This document shows positions 11,901 to 24,859 of a DNA stretch of 64,000 nt, one piece after another. Each line of letters opens with the position of its first letter. Within the stretch, counting starts at the first letter, position 1. The translations under genes were made by a program, and so were the position numbers. The notes beneath the pieces are model-generated. The model was not told the DNA's origin, ran no database searches, and saw only the letters and a list, made by a program, of their open reading frames with translations. Source of the DNA: Raillietiella orientalis (taxonomy: Eukaryota); the NCBI GenBank assembly GCA_036172245.1, contig JAYWIR010000006.1:3534001-3598000 (forward strand), written 5' to 3'.

Positions 11901-14900
11901 TCAACTATCATAGGAAGCTGACTGCAAAGTGCGAATAATACAAGAAAGTAGGAAGGCCCGAAAACCAACTTCAGCCTTACTTGAACGGCACATGCAGAAG
12001 AGTTTTAATAATTAAATCGGGGGGAGGGGCAAAAAAAAAAAAAAATTAGCGAATACCAATTTCCTAAAACTTTGATTGAAACTCTGGTGCGCGTCACGAT
12101 AGGAAATCTCCATAAATGACTGATTGATTTTTTTTTTTGTTCAAACATTTCAATCTCGAGCTTAAACCCGTATGCACAATAAGGGAGGAGCCGCTTCCTG
12201 CTTCCGTACCGCCAGCAATCCCGCATTGACAATTCTCCTATTAAATTGTCTGTTCGGAACTCGTAACGATCAAAAAAGAAGGGAAAAAAAGGGAAGGCGA
12301 CCAGGCTGAGGATGCACTGCATCAGACAGTGCTGCTCTCGAGCTGTTCTTTGGGAGGCTGCAAGAGCAGACTCGAGCTAAAATCAAAAGCTTGGGCACAC
12401 ATCCTGTGGCCTGAGAACGCAAAAGTTTTGATTGGTGGTCTTTTGTACTCACAAGATGTGGATGCTCCACGGCTCCAACTGAGGAATCATCACTTACTCG
12501 GGGTCCATCAGAAAGGCTGAAATGGATCTCGCGCTCGTCTCTAAGGCTTCTGCAGCTGAAGAAATCAAATAACGATCTTCATGAAGAGAGCAGACATGGA
12601 AGTGACTATTCAGTGTCAGGCCTTTACCAAGAGGTACAAGAAAAATGAAGGAGGATCACATAATCCACCGCCTGTACGTGGCACAGGGGAAAAACACACC
12701 TGGTGGGTGCCACCGGTGGGGGAAACTTCTTAGAGTTGGGTTGTTTGAGCGCGTGACAGGCCGTCCGTTGCCATCTTGGAAAAGGCTGGGAAGCACATGC
12801 CGGTGTGGCCAGCTGCATTTGCAGAAAACAGCTTTACAGGAGAGCACCTTTGGCGTACGTTGAACTATAGCGGGTCAACTTTCCAACCGGTGGGAATTCT
12901 GCAAGTCAGGGAGGAGAAAATCCTGTCGTGGAAGGTGAGTTCTCCGATGGCAGGAGGGGGATAATTGTCTTACTAACCTTCCTTTTTCATTTCAAAAACA
13001 GTTTGCTGTTTCGCAATGCGGATGGCCAAAATCAGAATCCCTCCACTCATAAGGAGGCACAGCATGTGACGAGGAAAAAATACAATTGCGGGATTTCAAG
13101 GATTTGTAAAACGAGGACTCAAAAGCGGGGTTCGATTTGCATGGACAGGGAACTGCTGCTTCCAAAAGTTTCAAACCACCCAGCATTTTTCTCAAGGTGG
13201 TTGAAAACTCCCCAGGAAACGCCTGGAGCGCACACTGCTGACCACCACTGAACCCCGAATCCGAAATGCTGCGAGGAGCTCAAGAAAGGATGAAATGTTG
13301 ATTTTCCAGCACGATCTTTCCCTTTACGTTTTGGCTAGTCCCAGAAGGCAAGCAGTTTTCTTAGGGCGCGGTTTATTTGGACGATCGATTGCGGAAGGAA
13401 AGCAGATGGATAAACGACCAGGTCAAGTTGCTTGCTTGCTTGCTTTTCAATCCTAAATCGTCAGAGTGCGCAATTCCAATTGGATTCCTCCATGAATCCA
13501 AAGTACTCTGATCGGAGGTTCACGGATCTGTGTGCGATCTCGCTGCATCCCGAAAAGAACTGGACATGCGTTCTCATGAAGACTTGGGGCGATTACCTGT
13601 CGAAGGGAGCCAGTCCTCTGGACGTGTGCAGAAACGGGAATCTACGACACACATACCGGCGGAGCGCCACGCTGACCAGGCAGGAATCTAAAGATCTACG
13701 GAACTTTCCAAGATAACAAATAAGAGGGTGTGGTGGTGAAAGCTCGCGGGTCGCCGAGCATTCCATTGGAACATTTTTCACCAGAGATCCGGGTGGTTCT
13801 CCCGAGAAAAGCCTCCTCCTGCTACCCAAGCCAAGGAACACTTCTCGTTTTAAGAGATGTCATTCGGGAGTATCTGCTGTCGGTAGTCATTCTCACGTCG
13901 GTGCTTTACCCAAGAGGGGAGAACAAAGACGCTCCATGAGGTGAAGCCTTTCTTCCCTGCTGACCGAAAATCTTCGCCACCAAAAGTACCCCTTTGTCAG
14001 CGCTCTTACTCGCTTTGACATCTGCATCCATTCTTTTTATTGGATTCGATTTCTAAGCTAGCAGGAAAGACTCGCCTCTATCCTCCTGGGCACATCCCGG
14101 CCCACGAGTGCTAAAACAAATATTGTTCTTTGGAATCATTGATATTCAAGAATTCCCTCATTCGTCAGGAATCTCCCCCTCTCTTCCGTCCACAAGTGCC
14201 TCCCGGAAATTCGGAGCCGCGTGGGTTTTCAATCGTCGCCCTTCCGTGGGGAGCATGTGAGATTCCGGAAACTCCCTGAATAACTCTGGTTTCGCACAGT
14301 TAGGACCCGTTTCCAAGGTGATTCCTCGCCTTCGGGAACGCGCTAGCGCTCCCGTGTGCATTCCGGTTTTCGTTCCAAAGGGCGCAGTTCAGGACAACTT
14401 GGAACTTTCTGGAACTTCGATGCCAGACTGCGTGAAGGCCTTCAGACTTTTGGCTCTCGATATCCCGGCCACTTTGTCCAAAAGCAGCTGCCCTTGCCCT
14501 TTGATTCTGGAAAACCGTAAGGAAAACTCCCTTCCAAGAGTGAGCCTGCGACCTCAGCACAGTCTCATTCTATTCTTCCACGTGAAATCCCGGGAGTTCA
14601 CGGATAGCTTCCCTTCCGTGGAAACCTTCTCGAGCACGTCTTGGCATTCCTGTTGTGACGAGCGTGGAGTCGTCGCGGAGTGCTCCTGTGCTTCTATCTC
14701 TTGCTCCAGGCAGCCATGAGTTCTCGGCGATGGGCCGGCGACCGTGGATCACACCTAAAAGCAGCGTTACTGCCGAAGTTTCCGGAGGAGTGGGCAGGAA
14801 ACCTCGTTCCTCGTCGGGAGAATGTTCCACTGGTAGAGGCGCTGCCTTCTTACTCCTCCGCTTCTGATGGAGCCGACAAGCGCCTGTCCGCTTCAAGCAA

Positions 14901-15564
14901 GCAATGCCTGGGAAGAACTTTCCGGGATGCCAGCCTGGATGAGAAAGAGGTCGCAAGCCAGCTCTGGCGTGCGGCTACCGAAAACCATCGCACTGTTCAG
15001 TAGTTGCCCGTTTGTCGCTCCGGTTCGTGTCCTCCAAGCAGCTCCTGAAAAGGAGCCCTCATAAGGCGATGAGGGTGATAACTGGAATTGTGAAATCGCC
15101 GATAAAAGTTATGATAATTCAACCCCGTTATCAGCGGCCTCCATGAATTTCAGAAAGCCTTTATTCATTTATTCTTTTTATTGGATCTCCTTCGATTGCG
15201 CGTGACTGAGAGCTGAGTTTACCTGATGGGGATGCTAGATAAAAAGAATCGTGTGAAACTGCCCCTCCTGAACACAAAGTCGCATCCCGCTCCGGAAGGA
15301 GACTAAGAAGGAAAAAAAAAAAATTCCGTAGAGAGGAAACACTGCTCCTGCAGAGAATTCCACTTCTTTCGGGAGGCCTGTGGCTCTGGACGACGAGGAG
15401 GAAAAGAAAGGCGTAGGAGCAGGAGGAGGAAAGGAAGAGGAAGAGGAGGAAAAGGAAAATGGGCGACGAAGAAAAGGAAGGGTAGGGGGTTTAGTAGGAC
15501 GGACATCCTGGAGTATGGGTAGTAGCCGTTTGGTTGAAACCTTTTTACCCCATCGAAGCAAACC

Positions 15565-15735
15565 AGCTGACCTTACCTACTTTTGTCTACACTGCCTGAT
15601 CTAATCTGACGCAATCCCTCACCCACACTTCCCTACTTTGACCTGACCTAACCTAGGCTCGTCTCCTCGACCAGGAAGTTCGAGGAAAAGTATTCCATCT
15701 TAGACTAACTCAACCAAACGACTAAAGACAGCCTA
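15565..15735 (+). repeat. Second degenerate (CCTAA/CCTGA)n tract
   Basis: gaccttacctac, gcctgatctaatctgac, gacctgacctaacctagg, gactaactcaaccaaac. Confidence 0.5.
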
Positions 15736-18700
15736 GTATGGGATAGGATAGGGTGCCAGAGTGTTGAACTCTTGGCCTTGCCCCGACTTCAGGGGAAACA
15801 TCTGACTTCGTCCACCGAATCGAAACGGCGGGATTTATCAATGCATTGGAGTGTGTTCGACGGTCCTCTGGGGCTGTGGGTTTGCGGCCTTCCTCCTCGA
15901 CGGGTGCAACTGCCACTCGGGCTCTTTAGAATCGCCTACATCAGTCTCTACGCTCGGGGTGGTCCTTACTCCTGGCAGCGCATGGAAGCCGAACATTTGG
16001 AGATGGTGGGGGCGCTTGTCCTGTGCATGGGGTGGAGGCAGAAAACCGTAGCATGTCCAGGAGAGGACACTTGTGACGTCACTTGTGCGGATGTAATCTG
16101 GGAATCTTCTGCCGGGTGCAGCAGTGCCTTCAATGTCCCAAAGCACCATTTTCTTATGGCGCAGCACCTTGCAGAATGTGCTTCAAGAAAGGCAAGTGCT
16201 GGGAATTACTGATGAGGGAGTTCTCCGAGGAGAGGAAATGATGCACTGTTGGGACGACGGGTGACGCAGTTTCCGGATGCATTCTTGGTTCTCTCGTCTG
16301 CACTTCATTTTTTCTTCTCTCTCGTTTTCTCGCATCCTGCATCAAAGGATCTGGACGATGTTTCTCCTCTTGACAAGAGTGGACTGAGGTGCCTGCTGAG
16401 GAGGCAGGCACGCTTAGTCATCGCCGGTCGAAGGACGAGGCTGTTCCCGTGAAGTCAGCCAACCTGAGCAGCCCGGGACCATGCTGCTGAGCAGGTGCCA
16501 TTTGGAACAGCGACGGGTTTGTTGCGGCTCAGCGTGAGCAAGCCCCAGGCCGAGTCCTGACACTAACAGGAGCCGCGCACTTTACGATCACTGACTGCGT
16601 AGAAACGGAAGGAACTTTCCGGGAGCAAGCCGCTCCTTGCTGAAAGGAAACGAAGAGTTGCCTTTGGATTGCCTTCAGATAGCGTTGCTCCATCGCAGGA
16701 CGAAACCCGTTCTCGGCCCCCTCGGCAACGCAGAAGGAACCGGAAGCCATCTCAAGAGACGAGGTGAGACGAGCGGAAAGATGGAGTCTGAATTCGGGAG
16801 CAAAGAGTTCCCAGGATGATGGGAGAGGATGCCTGAACCTGCAAGAGCAGCGTTGCAAACTGCAGGGAGGGGACGAACGCAGAGCTGCAGGGAGAGCTGG
16901 CAATCCTTCGACGGGGGGAGGGGAGGAGGGATAGACAGCGCCACTCCCTTTGAGCCGGGTTCTCCTGGTAATGGGAGGAGGAGGTGTCTGTGGAAACTGT
17001 GCAGCCACGATGGAGGCATGCAAACTGTCTGCTTCCTCTTCCACGCCGTGGGAGGCCGTCGGCGCTCGATAGGAAGAAAGCGGAATAGAACGAAGGATGC
17101 TCGACGGGACGAAACGCAGCTCCATGGAGACTACGGTGCAGGAAGCAGTTACGGAGTCACTGTGTGTTGGTAAGTGGACGGACCGGGGTACTCGAGAGTC
17201 AGCGTGCAGTTACAACCGTTAAAATGCAACAACCGAAAGCAAGAGAAAGACCAAGGAAGGCCTTCTCTCGAGGGAAGAATCTTATCTTCCACGAGAAGAG
17301 GAGGGCTTTCTAAAGAGCTTCACCCCCCTCCCGAGCAGGAAAGAGGGCAAGGAAAACCGAGGAAAGGGAACCTTTTTTGCCTCTCTTCGCTACGGAAGTC
17401 CCAGTGGCATTTCTTTCTGATGGCGATGGCAAAGAGTCCGCCATGGTGTTCCTCAGAACAGAGAGCACCTCCCATAGACTCTATTTGCTGGCTCCTCTTG
17501 ATTCGAGATGTCAGCTTTAGGCATGGAACCCCGTGTTATGCACAAGGAATGAGAACGGGGAAGATACGGGACTTTGAGACAGAGGGAGGAATGGGAACTG
17601 TGCGGAAAAGAAGTGAAGCGGACATCCTGGAGGAGGATAAGGAGGAGGAGGAAGGAAAGAGGAAGAAAAGGAAGGGAGGAGGAAGAGGAAGGGAGAAAAG
17701 GAGGAGCCTATAAAGGAAAGGAAGGTGCTTTCACTTGAGGACACCGCAGGTTACTCTCGTGGAGACCCTCATCGGGCAGGAAGACGTGCGGCGGCACCGT
17801 CCGAAACGCCAGAAGAGCGTGCGAGGTCGGCCCGGGAGCCCGGAAGGGAGCCGGTGAAGCCGGAAGCCGCCCATAGAAGACCGCATGCGCGGTTCCCGTT
17901 CGCCTGACTCGGGATGCGTGTCCTGGAGGCGGGAGGGCCCTGCCCACTGGGAAGCGGCACGCCCGCAGAGAGAAGGGCGCTCCGAGCACGCAAGGAGGGT
18001 GGCTCCCCCGCTTTCTTTCCCTCCGCCCGCCTCCCCCGCGTCCTGCAGCCTCCCTCAATCTGTCGGGCAGCTCTGTCGGCGAGCAGGGCAGGTGGCATGG
18101 AATTTTCATGAGAGGGTCGGGGCGTCTTTTCCCCTGGGCGGAAGGCTCTCGACATGGCGCCGTCCTCCACGCGCGTCCAGGGAGCGAAGAGGCCACCTCG
18201 CGCTCCCGTGATCGGCCAGGAGGCTCACCTGCCCGAGGGCGAAGACGCAACGAAAGTTCCGGCTGACGCACCCCCGTGCGGGGAACATTCCCGGCCCGCT
18301 GCACGTCGCCTTGCACTGGGCGGATTCTCACTCCTCATCTTCTCCGGGCACCATCCCATGCGGTCGGAGGGGGCGTCGGCAGCCCTCGAAGCGTTCGTGG
18401 AAGAATCACGGCGCCCTTCAGAATGCTTGCTGGTGGCAGGAAGCACCGCACGCAGGCGGCGCGACCAGAGCAAACTGCGACGTTCGAGAGAGCACTATCG
18501 ACGCGTGCCTCTGCCGCAGGACTCAGGAGGCACCCATGATGCGGCCACTGCCGTCGGTGGTCATCGCTTCCGTGGTCGTCTCGTCCTGGTCACCACGATC
18601 CTCGCCGCCATCCCCTCCTCTCGCGCCCATCACTGTCTTCTCCATCCTCACTGCCGCCACCGCCATCATCGACAGCGTTCCCACGGCCATCATCGTCATC

Positions 18701-19289
18701 GCTTCCATCGCTGTCGCATCAGGATCGAGTCGTCTCCCTCCCCTTCCCCCCTTCTGTCTGTCACGCACCTTCCGCAAGAAGGTTCTTCTCGGTCTCACAA
18801 AGGGAAATAGGTGGGAATTGGGGCCCTTCGGGTTCTTCGTCCCGTTTCACGAGCAATCCGGACGCCCCGTCGGGGCTCCCTGGTCACACCTGACTGGCTC
18901 CCTAATTTGTTGACCCTGAAGGAGTTCTTTTTTCCCCTTTCACTCTCCTTACCAGTTGTAGGGCCACGCGGAAGAGGTGATTCCGCGCAGCAGCATGGCG
19001 GCCACGCCCATGGCTTCTCGCGCTTCCCGGAGGAAGAGAGGATAACGACGACGAAGAGGAAAAACAGGAAGAGGAGGGAGGAGAGGAAAAAAGAAGGAAA
19101 GGACCATCTCCCGAGCGTCTTCAAAGAACTACCACCCTCTCGTGCGCCCTCTCCGAGAAACAACATCGAGAAGGATCACTCGCTCTTGTTGGCTCGCGGT
19201 CCTTCCACTTCGGCGGTGGACCGACACCGCCCGAGGCGGAGGGTGCCGGTAGTGGCGCTGTGAACGTATACGGGCGTTGGCTGTGGTCT

Positions 19290-19920
19290 TGGCAGGCGTC
19301 ATCATCCGAAAGATGAGGACGAGGAGTTCGCGTCTTTTTGGTATCGAGATGGTCGCAGGCTGCCGCCGACTCCCAGCTGGCGTTTTGGATGGGCGTCGCA
19401 ATTCCCTGGCACTGCAGCGCGACGTAGAGCGCGGTTGAGGTGCCGATAATCGCGGATGCGCGCGGATAATTTCCCCGCTTCCACGCAGCTCACATGCATT
19501 CCACCCGCACTGCTCGTGGTGGAGGCAAGATAGGAGTGCACAGGAGCCGCGCGCCGTATGCACGAGCGCCAGTGGTAACCGATCTTCACGGGTGCCCTAC
19601 CAAAGGCGCAACACCCAGTCGTGCGATCACCCCCCCCATGCGGCCTCTGAGGCCTTCTACCGCCTTTTCCAGCCTCACGTGGCATCCCCACCGAACTCCC
19701 TCAGGGTAAGAGCACGCGAGGGGTTTCCGAGAAGGCTGGTCCACCAATCGTCTAGAGGTTCTCCATGTCGCTGCTGGTAGCCATGCAGCGTCTCCACGCT
19801 GGAAGGTGGCTGTCGCGAGTCTCCCCACGATCGAGAATTCCTCTAGAAATATCCAGAAGGCACAGCTTGCCGTCAAACGGGGAGCGCCCGCACGCGCCTG
19901 CGCACACTGCACAGCCAACT
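19290..19920 (-). mobile_element. Highly decayed LINE ORF2 3' fragment
   Basis: YPEGVRW resembles the family motif PxGLLRW and IGYHW resembles VLHW. EC(M)-SCVEAGKLSARIRDYRHL resembles CxxCxExExLxHxxxDCxxL. The order is collinear with better-preserved copies. Confidence 0.35.
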
Positions 19921-20728
19921 GCGCAACAGCTATTCATTACGCTTCACTAAGGCCATTCATCTGCTTTATAGGAGTTTTTTCAAGTGGTCCCTCATTTCGA
20001 ATTAATTACACTCTTTATTATTTCACCGTGTGTCTTGTCGTGAGGGACCTATGCGGCCCACTGCCAATCGGAGGTTTCCGCGCCGATGGCGAGGCCCCGA
20101 GGAACGCAAGTCGCCACCTGACTCCTTCCGGAACGGAGCGCCGCACTCTGGTGCCGGCAGTGGCGGACGCTGATCGCGGCGCCTGGCACCGGGCCGCAGC
20201 GCTCTCGTTCTCCCGAGTGAGCGCGAACTTGCCCCGGGGCGGCAGGAGAGCGGTCCGTGCTGCTTCCCCGTCTCCCGCCCGCGAGATCCACGCGTCCTCC
20301 TCGGGCTTACCGCAAGACGAGCTCCGCGGTTCGGCAGCAGCAGGAGGCGGGCCGGAGAGGGCGGACGGTGGCGACCTGAGCGGAGGCGCAAGACGCTGCT
20401 CCGTCACGGATACGGAAGACAACTGTCTCGGTGGGCACCGCTCTCCGCCGAACGGGGCGCGCCTCGCCGGCTCCGCGAGAGACGCGACCGCCCCCGAGCG
20501 GAGGGAGGGAGAGGTGGACCTCGCTGTCGCACAGGAACTCCAGGTGGGAGGACTTCCGGCGGCGCCACTTTTCTCCGGGAGAGCAGGAGACGGGCTGCTG
20601 GAAGCGGTCGGCTCCCGAAGCTTCGAGGTCAGTCCTCCCGGCATGCTGACCTGCTACCGGAGGCAATGAGTCATGTCTTGGCAACCGACAGCGCAGCCCG
20701 CTAAGAGCAACGGACTTGGCAGGGTTTC

Positions 20729-21560
20729 TTTTTTTTTTTTTACCCGGTCACTCCAGGTAGGTCATCTAAAAAAATATACCACAGTTCAGAGAAGAACGAC
20801 GTTCCCTGAATAGAAGAGATGCCAAAAAACAGGAAGTTCACAGGGGATGACCATTGTCTCCCAGACCGGCTTCTGAAAAGGTAGGGAACGCAGGGTGGAC
20901 AAAAATAAGTGAACAAAAGACGGGAGGTCAGGGACAGGAGCCTTTGGCTATACTTGTCTCCTTCTCCCCGGAAGCGGCTGTGTATGGCGGACATCCCACT
21001 GGCGACTTCTTCTGGTAGGCGAGGACACCTTCCAGCCGTCCTCGTCAAAGTGGCCCCCATGCTGGTGGTCTCCTCCCATTTCTGCGAACGGGACTCCATC
21101 ACGGAGCGGACTGCCACCGTGGAGCGGATGCAGCGTCTCGTTGCTACCACGGCTCCCGTGTTCAGCCGGCCTTCTATCAAGAAGCGCTGCATCAAGACAG
21201 AAGGAACGTCCCACGGGTGGCCACAGCAAGTCTCCTCCACAAGTCCTCCAGGGCATCGCAGTACAGCAGGAAATGCGGCAACGGTTCCATCGCCCAGCAC
21301 CTTGAACATCTCGGGAGGCAACTTCTCCGAAAACCAGGTGCCTGCGCTGGCAATCCCCAGTGAAGAGCAGCACGTCCACAGTAGTGTGTCAGTTTCCACA
21401 GTAGAGGTAGCACCGTAGTGTTTGCGCACAGAGGAGGGATCGCGAGTTCTTCGCGGAGCACACCGAGCAGGTCACACGGGCGAGCACGGAAGCGACTGCT
21501 GCACTCCTTCCACAACAACCGCTCGCTGCAGGATGTCATCGTGCAGTCCACCACGTGTGC
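20729..21560 (-). mobile_element. LINE 3' end, subfamily B (zf-RVT, 3' UTR, stem-loop, poly-A)
   Basis: The minus-strand peptide ALHWGLP..PRCSRCWAMEPLPHFLLYCDALEDLWRRL is a CCHC finger. The element ends TACCTGG-AGTGA-CCGGGTA followed by an A-run (T-run 20729-20741 on +). Confidence 0.8.
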
Positions 21561-22688
21561 GTGGGCACAAAGAACCTCCCTAGCCGAAGCACTGCCCTCC
21601 CCCAGGGAGCACCTGGGCAGTAACCAGCTGGCCGAATGGGAGGTCAGTTGCGGAATCAGTCAGAAGACGAGGGAACTAGGTGGTTGGACCACGGGCCAGC
21701 TCGCAGACGCTGCGCCCCCAAATGCCCCACCGAAGGGACTATTGCGCTGGAGTGAGCTGCTGGGAATCTCACAGGAAGACCTCAAGTGGCAGGCTCAGCG
21801 CTGAGGAACAGTCAGGTCCTCTCCCCGAAGTGGCAGGAGTCGGCACTTCTGCTGTTGCGCTGGGGTATCCCGTGCAATGCCCTCCACTCTCACTGGACCC
21901 GAGAGGCTGACTACTGCAGGTGAGGAGAACGGGAATCTCAGCTCTCGCACTTGCTCGTAGACTGTGTTGCCCTCCGGCTCCTGTGGTTGCGTTACGCAAC
22001 GGCACTCGGGTCATCAAAAAACACTCCCAGAGACGTGTTGAAGCGCCTCTTCGTGCGCGATGCCCTTCCGCCTGTCGCATCCCCGGCAGCTCTCATCTGC
22101 TGCCTACGTGGGATTGGGCGACCTGGAGCTACGCGAGAAGAGGAAGGCACGACAGGAACGTCATCTGCTTCGCTTTTCGCTTCCTGAGGACGGCAGCTAA
22201 ATGGTCCCACCTGGGACATACTCAGAAGAAACTTGCCGGCATCCTGGAAAGGATGCAGAGGACGACCTCCAGCATCCGCTGATCCTTTCCCTAACTCTCC
22301 CGATTTTTGTGCATATATATATATTGCTGCCTCCCCTCCGCCGCCGAGGAGAACTTCACCGGCCTGCGTGCCGGCTACTCGGCCGGTTCCGAGCATTTTC
22401 GGACAATGTAAGGCCGATGTCCCTACACCTCTATGTCTGTTATTTTCATAAGAAACGACCCGGCGTGACCGGGTGATAAACCGAGCAGGTCATACTCCAG
22501 TGCTCCACCAAATGAGCTCCTTCTCTCGGGAGCGATGAGTGGCAGCGTCCGCCAGCGCGGGAGGTGGTCTTGCAGGCATCGAGGACTTCCTCGAATCTCG
22601 CGGCGTTGCAGGACAACGCTCAAGCCGCCGGTTGGTTGCTGTCGTCGCTCGCCCTGAGGACAGACCGCGCTGCGGCAAGTCCTGCAGG
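20741..22688 (+). repeat. ~1.95-kb direct repeat, copy 1 (copy 2 at 56728-58675, offset 35987)
   Basis: ORF translations are identical at a constant offset. One internal difference noticed (~20910/56897), and mismatches cluster in the terminal ~30 bp. Confidence 0.97.
21570..22480 (+). mobile_element. LINE 3' end, subfamily A
   Basis: PPKGLLRWSELLG, ..HLLVDCVALRLLW, ..AAKWSHLG..LAGILERMQR-stop, then the 3' UTR and ACCCGG-CGTGA-CCGGGT (22458-22474). Frameshifted. Confidence 0.85.
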
Positions 22689-22689
22689 A

Positions 22690-23100
22690 CTGGATCGAAC
22701 CACTGTCCAGTATCCCGGCTCCTCGGGGTGCTTTTCGAAGAACTGGGAGGGTACAGTCTTATCTTACGGATGGTCAAGATTCCCGAGCCGTCAACAAGAT
22801 GTCGCACGTCTTCCGCGCTGCTTCGTGCCTCCGACAGCGCCTGCTCGAGGCGCCCGGGCCGACTGCACCGCGGCCGTCTTAAGGCTCGCCGTGCGGTGTC
22901 TACCGGCATCGCTTGACTCCGGTCAGGGTGCTCCTCCGTCGGGCGACTCTGCGCGTAGCTGATCCGGAGGGCGTTCAAACCGTCTGCAGGCTTCCCTTTC
23001 CTCGCGCCCGTCAGCGGTCAGGTGACCGAGGAATATCACACTCGGGACGGCTGGCAAGCCGTCTCGAATTTTTGTCAGTTCGCCATCCCTCGGTGAAGCC
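22690..23100 (-). mobile_element. Decayed RT C-terminal fragment
   Basis: VDGSGILTIRKI (~22770) aligns at DNA and peptide level with HDAGLGILTIHKM (~58990), a GGLG-type motif. Confidence 0.35.
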
Positions 23101-23879
23101 GGTGCTTGCAACGACCGCTGGGTCGCCTCGGGCTGCACCCTGTACCGCGTCGAATGCGAAGACGCCCGCGTTCTCGGACATCCGTCAGGGACCAGAAAGC
23201 TCCTTGCGGCAAGTTGGGCAGCCTAGGCGACCTCCCCACCCTCTCGGCTCAAAGATCTTCATCAGCTGCCCGTCCAGGCACGAGCAGGCATCTGACGTGT
23301 TTTTTAAGATTACAGTTGATGGAGGCCCATCACTCCTCTCGAGGACTGCTAGCCTAAAGGCAGAGGACTTGGAAAGCAGCAGCTTCTCTTGGGTTCTTGA
23401 CATCCATCTTTTTCTTCCTTCTTCATGGAGACAGAGAAGAGCTACTGACTGGTTGTTTTGCTTGGAGGGTTCTGTCGTAAGTGACCAAGACGCTGAGGTC
23501 CTAAAACAGATCTCTCCGTTTGATGAAGGTCCCGGTAATCCGAGCGATCCGGTGTGCTTTGGGATCCGGGCGTCGTTGTGCGGGCAACGTGAGGGACTGC
23601 TTAACCGGCGCTATTCATAAAAGGCAAAAAAAATAAAAAATAGCCGGAAGCCATGTTTACCCGCAGTTCTTTGGAGATAAATTCCTCCGCCTGAGATGGA
23701 TGACCTCAGAGGGAGCTTTGATCCTTACCGTCTCCTATGAGCAATCCTTTCAACCGGTTCGGGAACGGGATTTTCCTCCTACCCCATCTCTCCCACTTCC
23801 GGGGAGGATTTTGAAGAATGGGCCCATCAAAACCCCAGCTCCTCCGAAAATTTCATTTGGGAGAGATCAATGCGCTGAC

Positions 23880-24400
23880 CTAATCGCATTCCAAAAGCCG
23901 GAATCGGATGCTATGGCAACGCGGTTCTTTGCTGATTTCGGCGTAGATCACGCCGGCCCTTCGAAAAGGGACGGCAGCTTTCCTATCTGCGCACTTCCGT
24001 CGCCCTTCGACACGCACCTCATCGCCCGGGGCGTGCACTCGGGGTGTTCGTGGCAGAAGCACCTGGGCAAGGAGGAGGTGCGAGTTGGGCCGCGCTTCCT
24101 CATGGAAACAAGCAAGCGAGGCGGGGTACTGGGGTTCCTGCGGGATGCGGAAGGGAGTGCAGCTGGAGCTCCGACTCGCGGCGCCGCCGTTCGGGAAAGC
24201 GCGAGGGCAACAAATAAAAGCTGAGGGTGACCAAATCAGACGACGGAAGGAGTCTCCTTGCACCGTGCCTTCTGCAGCCCCGCGCCTGCCATGCTGGAGG
24301 AGTCGGGCGCAGCTTCCTCGTGGTAGAGCAGTCGGAGGCTGGGCCGCAGGGAGCAGCGCGTGAGCAGCTGCCTCGCGCTGTCTCCACTACTCTGCGAGGC
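23880..24400 (+). mobile_element. Decayed RT C-terminal fragment
   Basis: SWQKHLGKEEVRVGPRFLMETSKRGGVLGFLRD resembles FxW....RVxW..L..PKxxGGLGFxD. Confidence 0.35.
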
Positions 24401-24859
24401 GAAGATGGTCCTCGGGATTTCGCGGGGAGCCAGCCGTACCTGGAGGAATGTTATACCCCTTGGGCGATGGGTGCCGTCCTTTCTCGCCGCGTATCGGTCC
24501 GAGCGAGGAGGCTGCCCTCCACTTCACTCCCTCCCCGGAAAGCAACAGGAAGCGGCCGCCGGCACGCGCCTCTCTCGCTGACGCAGACGCCCGAAGTAAG
24601 AGCACTCCTTTCTTGCCTTCTCCCGCATCCCGGAAGACTCCCGGGAGGCGAGACAGACGCGGGAATTGAGATTTTCCGGGATCTTTCCAATGCCGCCACC
24701 TGTCGGGGTCTCTGTAGGGGGTCGGGGAGCAGGCGCCTTGCGCGGAGGCGGAGGAAGAGGAGGGAGGAGGCATACCAGAGCAGATTCTTCCGGCACGAAG
24801 CCCTGTTTGTTGCCAGACCACCATCCCGGGCCGGGCATCCCGTCGAGGTGTTTCCTCCC

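Noticed and set aside
15395..15485. Purine tracts (also 17630-17725, 19060-19100, 29435-29545) as K/E-rich coding or regulatory elements
   Set aside because: Simple low-complexity sequence with no supporting evidence.
19420..19500. Gypsy RT motif (GKLSARIRDYRHLNRAL, resembling RxCxDYRxLN)
   Set aside because: Flanking motifs and spacing fit a decayed LINE zinc finger better, and no other LTR-RT motifs follow.
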